This document shows, piece after piece, positions 29,083-39,165 of a stretch of 64,000 nucleotides of DNA. Made by a program: the position numbers and the translations under genes. The notes under the pieces were generated by a model. It saw only the letters and a program-made list of their open reading frames with translations. It was not told the DNA's origin and ran no database searches. This DNA is from an uncultured Methylomirabilota bacterium (lineage in GTDB: Bacteria > Methylomirabilota > Methylomirabilia > Methylomirabilales > 2-02-FULL-66-22). The stretch lies in contig OY970067.1 in NCBI GenBank assembly GCA_963705305.1, positions 416,001 through 480,000 of the forward strand, given 5' to 3'. Numbering within the stretch: position 1 is the first letter of the stretch; the number at the start of each line of letters is the position of its first letter.

Positions 29083-29844
29083 TTATCCCCTCGTATCTCC
29101 CAGGTAGGACTCGATCACCTTCTGATTGTTCATTATTTCCTGCGGGGTGCCCTCCGCTATCTTTTCCCCGAACACGATGGCCACGACCCGTTCTACCAGT
29201 TTCATGAATTCCCGTAACCGGTGCTCGATAATAATCATGGCTTGGCCTTGCTGATGCATCCTCTGGATGGCTGCTGCAAGAATCTCCGAATCGGCTACGT
29301 CCAACCCCGAGAACGGTTCGTCGAGAAGGAGGATATCCGGCTGGGTGGCCATGGCCCGACCAATATCCAGAAGGCGCAACTCCCCGAACGCCAAGTTCTT
29401 GGCCTTCTCATTGAATCGATCCGCCAGCCCCACTGCCTCCAGGAATCTCATGGCCGCGATGTGGGGTTTTTCCTCCGTTTGCCCCGGCAGAGAGCTCCTT
29501 CGCCTGAGGTGCCGAGCCCGTTTGGAAAAACAGGGAATCAGCATATTTTCCAACACCGTCATTTCTTTGAATAAGTCCACCAGCTGGAATGTCCGAGACA
29601 TCCCTCGGTTTACAATCTGGAAAGGTTTCAGGCGGGTAATGTTCTCCCCTTTTAACAACACCTCTCCGGAATCCGGCCGTATAAAGCCGGTGATGAGATT
29701 AAAGAGCGTGGTTTTCCCGGCGCCGTTCGGACCGATGATCCCGATGATATCTTTCTCCTTGACTTGCAGATCAAACTTGCTGACCGCCTGTAATCCGCCG
29801 AATACCTTGGAAATGCTCTGAATATCCAATAACACCGAGGCCAT
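29083..29844 (-). CDS. livG: Branched-chain amino acid-type ABC ATPase
   Basis: GPNGAGKTT, RTFQ, IEH and YLG end. Confidence 0.92.
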   Translation of the reverse strand: MASVLLDIQSISKVFGGLQAVSKFDLQVKEKDIIGIIGPNGAGKTTLFNLITGFIRPDSGEVLLKGENITRLKPFQIVNRGMSRTFQLVDLFKEMTVLENMLIPCFSKRARHLRRRSSLPGQTEEKPHIAAMRFLEAVGLADRFNEKAKNLAFGELRLLDIGRAMATQPDILLLDEPFSGLDVADSEILAAAIQRMHQQGQAMIIIEHRLREFMKLVERVVAIVFGEKIAEGTPQEIMNNQKVIESYLGDTRG

Positions 29845-29880
29845 AGCACTTTCCCTCGCGCCATCTCGTATCCGACTTTG

Positions 29881-30837
29881 TTACGTTCTAACGACTACAC
29901 GCCGAAAGACGCGCAGGAGAATATCATAGAGTCCTTTTGGGGCAACGAGAAACATGCCCAAGACCAGGCCGGTGTAAATCAACAGGCGAAGGTCGCCCAT
30001 AAAGCGGAACGCTTCATTGATGATCGTTAAAATGTACCCGCCGATGATGGGGCCGATAATCGAGGCCATTCCGCCGACCACTGCCATCATTAAGACCAGA
30101 GACCCTAGAGCCTCGTCCGCCATCGCCGGTGATGCATTCATCATGATATGGGCGTACATCGCGCCTGCCACTCCGGCAATCGTTCCGGACATGGTGAAGG
30201 CAGCCACTTTATAGAAAGTCGTATTGATCCCGGAGCCTTCGCTGGCTGTCTCATTTTCTCCGATGGACCGGAGGATGATGCCAAAGTAGGATCTCGAGAC
30301 AAAATAGAGCAGAAAGACAACCGCCAACATGAATATAGCTGAGAAATAGTAATTGCCCAGAACCGAGCTCATGAGAGGGCTGACCCCGTCGAGCCCTTCT
30401 TCCCCGCCCAATGTTTTTGGGCTGACACATAACAATTTATAGAGCAACATCGCGAAGCAAAAAGTGACGCCGCCGAAGTAGGGACCCTGAAGCCTCAGGG
30501 TGACTGCCCCGATAAATAGGCCGAATAGACCCGCAATGATCCCTCCCAGGGGAAGGGTCAGCCAGGGCCCCCAGCCCAGGTGCAAGTTTAGTACGGCCGC
30601 TGCATATCCGGCCGCGCCTACAAAAAGGGAGTGGCCGAAATTAACCTTGCCGGTGTAGGCAAGAATATCCCAGCTGCAGGCCAGGGCCACATAGAAGTTG
30701 CACAGAATCAGGACTTCCATAAAGTAGCCCTGTTTCACCACCAGAGGGGCAATGAGGACAATCGCGCTGAAAAGCACCAAACCCCTGAGCCGCCGGTATA
30801 ATATCGTGAGACCGAACAAGTCCTGGCAGGAATTCAT
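29881..30837 (-). CDS. livM: Branched-chain amino acid-type ABC permease
   Basis: NFGH, RLQGPYF, GGEEG and GGM..GP. Confidence 0.9.
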   Translation of the reverse strand: MNSCQDLFGLTILYRRLRGLVLFSAIVLIAPLVVKQGYFMEVLILCNFYVALACSWDILAYTGKVNFGHSLFVGAAGYAAAVLNLHLGWGPWLTLPLGGIIAGLFGLFIGAVTLRLQGPYFGGVTFCFAMLLYKLLCVSPKTLGGEEGLDGVSPLMSSVLGNYYFSAIFMLAVVFLLYFVSRSYFGIILRSIGENETASEGSGINTTFYKVAAFTMSGTIAGVAGAMYAHIMMNASPAMADEALGSLVLMMAVVGGMASIIGPIIGGYILTIINEAFRFMGDLRLLIYTGLVLGMFLVAPKGLYDILLRVFRRVVVRT

Positions 30838-30839
30838 TG

Positions 30840-31706
30840 TTATTTTATTCTCCCCGATTTCAAAAGTCCGGTCGGTCGCACGGCCAGAATGAGAATCATG
30901 GCCGTCAGATACACCATATCCGAATAATTGGCAGAGATAAGGTAGCTTACCGTGGTCTCTGAATACGCCAGGAATAGACTGACAATAATCGCGCCCCCCA
31001 TGCTTCCCAGCCCCCCGATGACCACGATGGCAAACGCCTTAAATAAAGGGAACGACGACATGCCGGGCTCGGCCCCTATTATGGGAGAGGCCAACACTCC
31101 GGCAAACGCCGCCAGCGCGGCCGAAATCCCCATGGTGATCATGTAGACTCTCTCGTAACGGATCCCCATCAGAATGGATGCCAGCTTATTCTGTTCCACT
31201 GCAGCGATGGACTTCCCGATCTTGGTTTTCTTGATGAACACCCACAGGAGAGAGACGACGAGAACTGCCGCAAACAGGATAAGCAATTTCTGATACGATA
31301 TATACACGTCTGCCAGCTGGATGTCTCCGTTGATGAAATTCTGAACCGATTTGCCATCGGCGCCATAGGCCGCGTATATTACCTGTCTGCAAAACGCTTC
31401 GCCAAATATCAGGGTAACGACGACTTGATAGGCATGATTTTCCCGAAAAGGCCGGATGCCCACCTGGTCAAGGATCATGCCGATCGCAGCGACACTCGCG
31501 ACTGCCAATAGCGCAGACAGGGCTACATTCAGTTTCAAAATGGTCATGAACGTATAGGCGAGATATGCCCCGATCATGTAAAAGGCCCCATGGGCAAGGT
31601 TGACGATTCCGGCGACTCCTAAAATCAAGGTGAAACCCACAGCAATGAGGCTGTAGATGGCCCCCCAGATCGTCCCCAAGACAAGGATGTTTAATGCTGC
31701 GCTCAT
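30840..31706 (-). CDS. livH: Branched-chain amino acid-type ABC permease
   Basis: GFTLILG..NLAHG, GGLGS and RPTGL. Confidence 0.92.
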   Translation of the reverse strand: MSAALNILVLGTIWGAIYSLIAVGFTLILGVAGIVNLAHGAFYMIGAYLAYTFMTILKLNVALSALLAVASVAAIGMILDQVGIRPFRENHAYQVVVTLIFGEAFCRQVIYAAYGADGKSVQNFINGDIQLADVYISYQKLLILFAAVLVVSLLWVFIKKTKIGKSIAAVEQNKLASILMGIRYERVYMITMGISAALAAFAGVLASPIIGAEPGMSSFPLFKAFAIVVIGGLGSMGGAIIVSLFLAYSETTVSYLISANYSDMVYLTAMILILAVRPTGLLKSGRIK

Positions 31707-31730
31707 AGATTCACTCCATTCAACTTATCC

Positions 31731-32471
31731 GGCTCTTCAAGAAGAAGCGTGGGCAATTCTTCCCGCATCGGCGTCTCCCCGCTTGAGGTTGGGGTAGGGA
31801 GTCTTCTATGCCGCTTCCCTCTCTTCGCCATCGCCTCTTCTCCTTCTCGAGAGGGTGACGGCCGGGGAGTCTCGGATAGCGCAGGTGGGGATTTTGCATG
31901 ACCGGTGACGGACGGATGGATAGGAGGCGTTCAAGGCATTCACCCGGGCGCACGCGCGGGAAGCGGCGATCCTGTTCGACACGTGCCGCGTAGCGCGGCA
32001 CCTGGCCGGGGCCTTCGCCACCGGGCGCCGCTCCGCCTACCGCCCGCTGGCGAACACGGATCGCGCGTTGGCCACAGGCCGGGGGGGCGACCCGCTCGCC
32101 GCCGGCCAGCGGCAACACACTGCCTATCCCCCCATGAAGTCGTTGGACCAGCCACGGGGGTAGCGGTGGATCGGCTGGGCCCGGTGCAACTATGAACCCT
32201 GGCGGAACTCGTCGCAAGGGCAAGCTCTCGCCCCCTTCGAAAAGTTCGCAGCCATGGCGGAACGCAACTGGGACGGCATCCCGGCGTCCTGCCGGGCAAC
32301 GGAAAAGGCTCCCCTGAGGTTCGTGGGAGGCCTGAACATTAAGAGCCGCATCAACCAACGGCCAACCGGGGGTCTGCGGGGCCAGGAGCATCTGCGCCTC
32401 AAGATCCTCATCTGTATGCTGGCGGAAACCTGAAACGGCCACGATCCACCCGTTCGATTACGCGATACACC
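31731..32471 (+). mobile_element. Decayed, internally deleted ISL3-family element
   Basis: Starts GGCTCTTC; broken frames give AHAREAAILFD..V.RHL and PFEKFAAM.ER.WDGI..GLN.K.R..LRLKILICML* (stop at 32433); degenerate right IR. Confidence 0.85.
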
Positions 32472-32550
32472 TTCCCTTCATTTTTCTTCTTCCATAATCG
32501 ACAGGGTGAACCTTTCCCCAGCCCTTGAGTCTGCATGTTGGCGCTAAGCA

Positions 32551-32589
32551 CAGGGTTCAATGCCGGGTGAATCCCGACATTGAACCCTG
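32551..32589 (-). terminator. Strong stem-loop after the binding-protein gene
   Basis: CAGGGTTCAATG/CATTGAACCCTG 12-bp stem. Confidence 0.65.
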
Positions 32590-32612
32590 CTGGCGTGCAA
32601 CTCTCTCCAAAA

Positions 32613-33848
32613 TTACTTCTTCCACCACGCCGGCTTTACATACTCGCCGGTCTTATATTTGTCCGGGAAAATAACGACATATTTCGCGCCCTCTTGCCAT
32701 TGACCAAAGGGAAGAACGGTTCGCCCTTCCAGAAGATCGTGAGATTTCGGGTCAAAACCGAGTTGCGGATGGAGCACGCCATCATACGAAATCTTTTCCA
32801 GCCCCTTGATGATGTCATTAGTTTTTAGAGACTTCGTCTTCTTAATTACATTCGCAATCATGTATACGGCGTCATAGGTGTAGCCACTGGTATAAACGGG
32901 GACGCCCCCGTACATCTTCGTGTATTTGTCCCAGAATGGGATCGTCTTGTTGCTTAATGGCGCCCTGGCGAGATGGTTGAAGCTTACTTCGTAGAGACAC
33001 GCGCCGCCCGTCATGTCCCAGAACTTTGAATCACCGCTATCTGCATTAATGGCACCCATGGGTGCGGGTTTGATGTCAGCCCAGGCCTTGATAAGGGGAA
33101 TGGCCGCTGCATGGCTGATAACATGCAAAATGTAATCGGCCTTCAACGATTTAATCTTGGCGAAAGTGGGCGAAAAGTCTTTTAGATCGGTGTCAAAGCG
33201 CTCGGAGAAAACCATTTCCAGGCCGGCCTTCTCCAGGTCTCCCTTCAGTGATCCGAACGGTTCAGACCATTTGGCGTTTTCGGCCAGCATAGCGAACTTC
33301 TTGGCCCCCAGTTTGGGGTGCGCAAAATCCAGGACAAATTGCAGGGTCGCCTGGACCTGCCGATTGGCATTGGCCATATCCATAAAAAAGTATTTGTTCT
33401 TATTGTAGTCGCGCAGAACGTTGCCCGGAAGATCTGGGGAGGCAGCCCCGGTCGTCATGAAGACAATCTGATATTCGGAGAGAAAGGGCTGGATGGCCAG
33501 AGCGACCCCGCTGCTCATTGTTCCTATCAAGACGTTAACCTTGTCATCCAGGACAAGCTTCTTCATCGCGATCACGCCCTTTTCGGGCTTTAACTCCGAG
33601 TCTTCGATAAAGAGCTCAATTTTCTTTCCCAGGATCCCGCCATCGGCATTGATTTCCTCTGCTGCCATCTTCGCCGCATTGACGATCCCTTGTCCGGTGG
33701 ACAATTGTAGTTCACTCACAACCCCTATTTTTATTGTATCGGCCTTGCTAAAATCGCGGTTCACCGCGCCAGCGGGGGAAGAAGCCATGAGCAAGACTGC
33801 CAAACCAATCAATCCAATCCATCCCCATTTGTTTTCAACCATTTTCAT
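32613..33848 (-). CDS. LivK-like ABC substrate-binding protein
   Basis: Signal peptide, IKIG, EINADGGILGK and YDAV. Confidence 0.92.
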   Translation of the reverse strand: MKMVENKWGWIGLIGLAVLLMASSPAGAVNRDFSKADTIKIGVVSELQLSTGQGIVNAAKMAAEEINADGGILGKKIELFIEDSELKPEKGVIAMKKLVLDDKVNVLIGTMSSGVALAIQPFLSEYQIVFMTTGAASPDLPGNVLRDYNKNKYFFMDMANANRQVQATLQFVLDFAHPKLGAKKFAMLAENAKWSEPFGSLKGDLEKAGLEMVFSERFDTDLKDFSPTFAKIKSLKADYILHVISHAAAIPLIKAWADIKPAPMGAINADSGDSKFWDMTGGACLYEVSFNHLARAPLSNKTIPFWDKYTKMYGGVPVYTSGYTYDAVYMIANVIKKTKSLKTNDIIKGLEKISYDGVLHPQLGFDPKSHDLLEGRTVLPFGQWQEGAKYVVIFPDKYKTGEYVKPAWWKK

Positions 33849-34221
33849 TCTCCTTTCCTGCCGGTATTGGGATAATTTCCCGAAACACCCCACCCTCGCA
33901 GCTCCTCGGCCACGTTCTGATTGATCCTTGCAGAAGTAATGTGATGGTGGAGGGCGATAGCCAAGAGGCGAGAACTGTTAAGTGCTTTTGGACGGCAAGA
34001 ACTGCAACATTCTTTGCGAAGAGGTCGGAAACAACAGCTCTTCTGTGGGGCAGGGTATGAACTCGACCGCGGTCCGCCAAGCGACGCATCGATTCTCGGA
34101 CACGGTTCCGATTGGCTCTAAGGCAATCCGGAAGAGCGTGCTCTAACAGTCGCTCTCTCGGCATGCTCTTACCGTTGAGAATCACTTCTTCAAGGCAGGT
34201 GAACGCGCGGGAAGAATCCAC
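33835..34221 (-). pseudogene. Decayed copy of the adjacent GntR N-terminus
   Basis: MDSSRAF..PRERL..RE..R.LA..G.V..PHR.AVVSDL aligns by eye with 34373-35095. Confidence 0.75.
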
Positions 34222-34372
34222 GGGTCAACCTCACGTCTTGAACCCGAATTGGTACGCCGTGAAGTGTCTTGAAATTCTCCAGGATTTTCGCGATCGAGGA
34301 TGATCTTCCCTTGTTCGTCTGCGAATATCAGCTCGTCGTTAGACCTGATTCAGATCGTCACTCCGTCGCGCG

Positions 34373-35095
34373 TCACGCTCTTCTTTCTCGTCCCTCTCCC
34401 CCTCTCCCCTTTTCAAGACGCACGCCCATCCTCGTGCGCCTCCCTCGATCAAGCAGTCCTGGAGATCCCGATGCTAGATGCGCGAGGTAGACGTCCTTGG
34501 CGACTTGGATGTGGCTTCGAGTCAACCTCAGCAGGCGGACCCGGTCTTGCGTGTGGAGCATATGCACCATTTGCCGATGTTCCGCCACACTGTGTACAAC
34601 CCGATCGGGTATAGACCACCCGATAAAGCGCACGAAAGCTATTCGCTGCCTAAGCTGCCGGATAATTTCTAAGAGGCGCGGGTTCCGTGCGGTGGCGTAA
34701 ATCGCATCATGAAAGCGCTCATCTGCGTCGATCAGAGCGAGGATGTCCCTGCCAGACGCGAGCCTTGCACAGGCCGCCTCTAATCCTGAGATCTCCTTGA
34801 GCCGTTCGGGGGTAATCGAGGAGAGCGCAAGTCGAGAAGCAAACACTTCGAGGCAGATCCGTACGGCGTGGATGTTCTCTACTTCTTCCGGCGAGAGGTC
34901 AGAAACAACAGCACCCCGGTGAGGAAATATCTGGACTAAACCCTGTTCCGCCAAACCGCGTAACGCTTCTCGGATCGGCGTCCGACTGACACCTATCCGC
35001 TCAGCCAAATCGGACTCGACCAGTCGCTCTCTCGGTTTCAACTCGCCGAGGAGAATCGCCTTTCTCAGATAACTGTATGCTCGGTGAGAGTCCAT
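34373..35095 (-). CDS. GntR family regulator (FCD domain)
   Basis: VSRTPIREAL, D..FH..N..L and EH motifs. Confidence 0.93.
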   Translation of the reverse strand: MDSHRAYSYLRKAILLGELKPRERLVESDLAERIGVSRTPIREALRGLAEQGLVQIFPHRGAVVSDLSPEEVENIHAVRICLEVFASRLALSSITPERLKEISGLEAACARLASGRDILALIDADERFHDAIYATARNPRLLEIIRQLRQRIAFVRFIGWSIPDRVVHSVAEHRQMVHMLHTQDRVRLLRLTRSHIQVAKDVYLAHLASGSPGLLDRGRRTRMGVRLEKGRGGEGRERRA

Positions 35096-35114
35096 ACTTG
35101 AACTGCGGCTCTTT

Positions 35115-35136
35115 TTGAATACAATTTCGCATACAA
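35115..35136. promoter_or_regulatory. Probable GntR operators
   Basis: TTGAATACAA and TCGCATACAA, resembling the TTGTATACAA palindrome, just upstream of gntR. Confidence 0.55.
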
Positions 35137-35403
35137 TATATGCTGGATTTTCGAAATTGCAAGGCTGAAATGCCGATGCGCGTCAAGCAAATGCCGGACA
35201 ATGGTGCCCCCTTTATTTCACGGATCTATGCGGACCTCATGCGAGCCTTCTCAGCCGAGACTCCTTGGGCGCATGAGGTCGGCAGCACACGGGGCCAGGG
35301 CGAACAATCGGGGGCTTTGAGGCATCGCGGGGCCCCTCCCCGTGCAGCATCGCCATTCCGTGTGGACGCGTTGGCCCCGCCCGGCGCGCCGTGGCGCGGC
35401 GCG

Positions 35404-35937
35404 TCACAACGGCTTGCGGTCGAAGAAGGGGTTCTTGCCCGTCACGCTGAGGGGAATGCCCAGCGCTTGCCGGACCGTGCCGGGGAACCACCCCAGGGCG
35501 AGACAAGCCCGGCCGATCGAGAACATCAGGCGATTATCCAGCCGGCATTGCGATGCGACCGCCGCAGCCGAGCAGGCCGCGATCCCCAGGTCGATCGCGT
35601 TGAACGCGCACACGCCGTGGGCAGCCTCCAGCGCCTCGCAGGTCGCCTGCCCGCAGAACCCGCAGTTCAGCTTCGACGGGTTGGACTCCACCCCCACGAC
35701 CAGGGCCGCAGGCGCGCCTGCGAGATTGCCGGCGTCCCGCTCCACGGTCGGCCGGTTCTCGACCCGCGCGATCTCTTGCATCTTGGCGATCAGCTGCTGC
35801 TTGGTCGCCTCATCCTCGATCGCCAGCACGCGGATGTTGTCGACGCCGCGCGTCTTGGGGGCCGTGCGCGCGGCGGCCGCCATCAACTCGATCGCCTGAC
35901 GCACGGCCTGCTGTTCCAACTCGGCTGCGGTTCGCAC
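35404..35937 (-). CDS. DUF2148-type ferredoxin-domain protein
   Basis: AARTAPK.RG.D, NCGFCG..TC, DLGIA..SA and DNRLMFSIG. Confidence 0.85.
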   Translation of the reverse strand: MRTAAELEQQAVRQAIELMAAAARTAPKTRGVDNIRVLAIEDEATKQQLIAKMQEIARVENRPTVERDAGNLAGAPAALVVGVESNPSKLNCGFCGQATCEALEAAHGVCAFNAIDLGIAACSAAAVASQCRLDNRLMFSIGRACLALGWFPGTVRQALGIPLSVTGKNPFFDRKPL

Positions 35938-36087
35938 GATGATCTCTCCTCTCTCGGAGCCTGCCACGGTTTGTCCGCTCGAACACAATGCCCGGCAGTC
36001 CTGCCCTACGCCGCCGCCCGTCCTCACGAGCGCCGGCCTGCGGCTTTCCGCAGGGGATTTTCCCCCGCCTCCCCCTCTCGACGATGC

Positions 36088-37815
36088 CTACCGCTTCGAT
36101 GGGGAGTCCGCAACGCCGATGGTCCCCCTCTGTCTGTACGCGTTCACAACGGCAGCGGGTGTCTGGAAGAATGCCTCCCTGCCAAACAGGTCGGTGAGTT
36201 TGGACCGGTCGAGCTCCGCCCGGACCTCGTCCACCACATCGCAGAACACCAGCCGGACTCCCTGCCCCGCCAGAATGCCATGAAGCCCCCGCAGGATTTC
36301 GGCCGCCGTGAAGTCCACATCGTTCACCGCAGCCGCATCGATGCAGAACCAGGACAGGGGTGGGCTGGCGTCCCTGACGAGGTCGGCAACCTCGTCGTTG
36401 AGGACCTGGCTATTGGCATAGTACATGTTGTGCGTGAAGCGGTAGATCATGAGGCCGGGCATGGCCTGCGCCCGTGCGCCAACCCTTTGCTGCCGCCAGC
36501 CGAGAACCGCGTCGGGGACGATCAGCAAATTGTTCACCCGATATCCATGCCGCGTATGGACCGCCAGCGACAGGACGATGGCCAGAAGGATGCTTTGCTC
36601 GACTCCCGCAGCGACGACCACCGCGGCCGTGATCAGGGCGACCCAGAACTCCCAGGGCCGCTCCGCGTAGATCCTCTTCATTCCTTTCATATCGACCAGT
36701 TCCAGGCCGATCAGGAACACCACGGCGGAGAGGACGGCCGCCGGCATGTAGGCCAGCGGACCGGTGAGAAAAAGCAGGACCATGAGGACGATGACGCTCG
36801 TGGTGAGCTGCGCGAGCTGGCTGTGCCCGCCGGCGCTTTCCACCATCTGGGTCTTGGTCGGGCTGCCGTTCACCACGAAGGTCCCCGACAGGCCGGCGCC
36901 GATGTTGGCCAGCCCCAGCCCCACGAGGTCGATATTCTCGCTGAACTTCTCGTTGTAGCGGGCGGCATAGGCGCGCGATGTGGCCGCGCTCTGAGCCAGA
37001 ATGACCACGAACATCACAAAGGCGGTGGGCAAGAGCGTCTGCATCCCCGCCCAGCTCAGGGCCGCCGGCGGCAGACCGATGGTCGGAAGGCCGCTCGGGA
37101 TCGTGCCGAGGACGCGGACCCCGTAGGATTCCAGGTTGAGCCCCCAGCTGGCGACGATGGCCCCCGTGATTGCAATCAGGGCCCCCGGAATCTTCCTCGA
37201 TATCTTCCGGGAGCCCACAATGACCGCGAGCACGGCGGCCGACACCGTCAGCGTGGCCAAGTCCGTTTGCCTGACCTGCTGGAGGGCGGCCAGAAACTTG
37301 CGGATCGTTCCGTGCCCGCCTCCCGGCAGCCCCAGCATCCCGGTGATTTCACCGACGGCGACCTGGATGCCGACCCCGGAGAGAAACCCGATGAGCACGG
37401 TGCGCGACAGGAAGTCCGCCAGGAACCCCAACCGGACCAGGCGGGCCAGGAACAGGATGCCCGCCGCCATGAGCGCGAGGAGGCCCGCCAGGGCGAGCCA
37501 TTCGGTCGATCCCGGCGATGTCATCGTCGCGACGCTGGAGGCCAGAATGGCGGCTGTGGCGGAGTCGGCGCCGACTACGAGGTGCCGGGACGACCCGAAC
37601 AGCGCATACAGCGCCATCGGGATGAGGATGGTGTAGAGGCCGGTAATGACCGGTGTGCCCGCAATTTTCGCGTAGCCCATGACCTCGGGGATGGCCAGGG
37701 CCGCCAGGGTGATGCCGGCGATGATGTCGACCGGCACGTGCGAGCCGTCGAGGGGGAAGATGCCCTGGAGCACAGGGAGGCCGGCGCCTCCCCGATTGGC
37801 GTTGGAGGTTGCCAT
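36088..37815 (-). CDS. SulP family anion permease with STAS domain
   Basis: AIPEVMGYA, GSSRHL..G.DS, VNGSPTKT; STAS with D.TA. Confidence 0.93.
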   Translation of the reverse strand: MATSNANRGGAGLPVLQGIFPLDGSHVPVDIIAGITLAALAIPEVMGYAKIAGTPVITGLYTILIPMALYALFGSSRHLVVGADSATAAILASSVATMTSPGSTEWLALAGLLALMAAGILFLARLVRLGFLADFLSRTVLIGFLSGVGIQVAVGEITGMLGLPGGGHGTIRKFLAALQQVRQTDLATLTVSAAVLAVIVGSRKISRKIPGALIAITGAIVASWGLNLESYGVRVLGTIPSGLPTIGLPPAALSWAGMQTLLPTAFVMFVVILAQSAATSRAYAARYNEKFSENIDLVGLGLANIGAGLSGTFVVNGSPTKTQMVESAGGHSQLAQLTTSVIVLMVLLFLTGPLAYMPAAVLSAVVFLIGLELVDMKGMKRIYAERPWEFWVALITAAVVVAAGVEQSILLAIVLSLAVHTRHGYRVNNLLIVPDAVLGWRQQRVGARAQAMPGLMIYRFTHNMYYANSQVLNDEVADLVRDASPPLSWFCIDAAAVNDVDFTAAEILRGLHGILAGQGVRLVFCDVVDEVRAELDRSKLTDLFGREAFFQTPAAVVNAYRQRGTIGVADSPSKR

Positions 37816-37846
37816 GGCAATGCGAGTGATGATACCGCTGCCCCCT

Positions 37847-38890
37847 TCAGGGCAGATTGAGGATTTCCACCCAGTTCGGGTTCCGTCCCATCGGATAGCG
37901 CGTGAGCCGTGTCAATGCCCCCGAGCTCGGATCGACTGCGTAGCTTGACATGCAATTGGACCGCTGTCCAACCGCGAGGAGATACCGCCCGGAGGGGTCG
38001 ATGTTGAAGCCGCGCGGCTGCTCCTCGGTCGGCGTGCTGCCGAGGGGGGCCAGGGCACCGGTGGCCGGATCCACCCTGAACGCCGCCAGCGTGCTGGACG
38101 CGCGTACCGAGGCGTAGAGGAACCGGCCATCGGGCGTGACATGCACATCGGCGGCAGCCGGCGATCCGGTGAAATCGGGCGGAAGCGCGCTCACCGTCTG
38201 CCGGTGCTCGAGCCGACCCCCCACCGGATCGTACTCGAAGACGCACACCGACGCATCCAGCTCGTTGAGCAGGTAGACCAGCTTCCCGTTCGGATGAAAG
38301 ACGAAGTGCCGCGGGCCGGCCTTCTCCTTCACGCGCGTTGCAGCAGGCTCGTTCGGCGAGAGCCTTCCCGTCGCCGCATCGAACCTGAACTGCTTGATCA
38401 TGTCGCCGCCCAGGCTCGTCGCCAGGACATACCGGTTGGCTGGATCGGGGAGGATCGCATGCGCGTGCGGCTCGGTTGGAACGACCTGCAGCGGGGGCTG
38501 CACGCTTCCGTCGGGCGCAATCGGGTTGACCGCGACCTTGTGACCCGTGTAGGAGGCGCTGAGGAGGAACCTGCCAGTACGGTCGGTGGCAATGTAGGCC
38601 ATCCCGTCGGCCAGCGGCCCGCTGGCCAGATACGTTAACCGGCCGTCTTCTGGATTGATCTTGAAGCTGGCCGCGAATTTCGGCTCGCCCCGTATCCCGG
38701 CGAACACGAACCGCTTATCCGGGCTGATCGCGAGCGGCGTCGAGATGCCCGCCTGTGAGACGCCCGGAATGGCCACCGTGTCCACCAGCTCCAGATCGCC
38801 CCTCGCGCCATGGAGCCGATAGACGTGAATATCGTTGCTCTCGGCGTTGCCGATGTAGACGATGGTGCGCCCATGGCTCTCCGCTGTCAT
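37847..38890 (-). CDS. 6-phosphogluconolactonase-like beta-propeller lactonase
   Basis: HAH, GPRHFVFHP, NEL, PRGF and NPNWV. Confidence 0.9.
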   Translation of the reverse strand: MTAESHGRTIVYIGNAESNDIHVYRLHGARGDLELVDTVAIPGVSQAGISTPLAISPDKRFVFAGIRGEPKFAASFKINPEDGRLTYLASGPLADGMAYIATDRTGRFLLSASYTGHKVAVNPIAPDGSVQPPLQVVPTEPHAHAILPDPANRYVLATSLGGDMIKQFRFDAATGRLSPNEPAATRVKEKAGPRHFVFHPNGKLVYLLNELDASVCVFEYDPVGGRLEHRQTVSALPPDFTGSPAAADVHVTPDGRFLYASVRASSTLAAFRVDPATGALAPLGSTPTEEQPRGFNIDPSGRYLLAVGQRSNCMSSYAVDPSSGALTRLTRYPMGRNPNWVEILNLP

Positions 38891-39165
38891 TTCGGCTCCC
38901 CCGTCCAGACGCGTGCCGCCTGCCGTCCATCCATCCGGCGCCTACACACATCCCTGCTTCTATCAGAGCGCCGCCGAGAGTTCAAGGCCCGAGTCTCACT
39001 TGTCCCATCCGGCGGCACCAAGTCACCGGCCGCTTTGCCGCAGTTGAGCGGCGGGACCCTTTCGGACCGGTCGCCCGGCAGCTGTTCGAGATCGCGAGGG
39101 GGTGTCCACGCGGGAGAAACGGGCGCACTCCAGCCTGGAGCAAGGACGCAACGTCCCCGAGCGGC

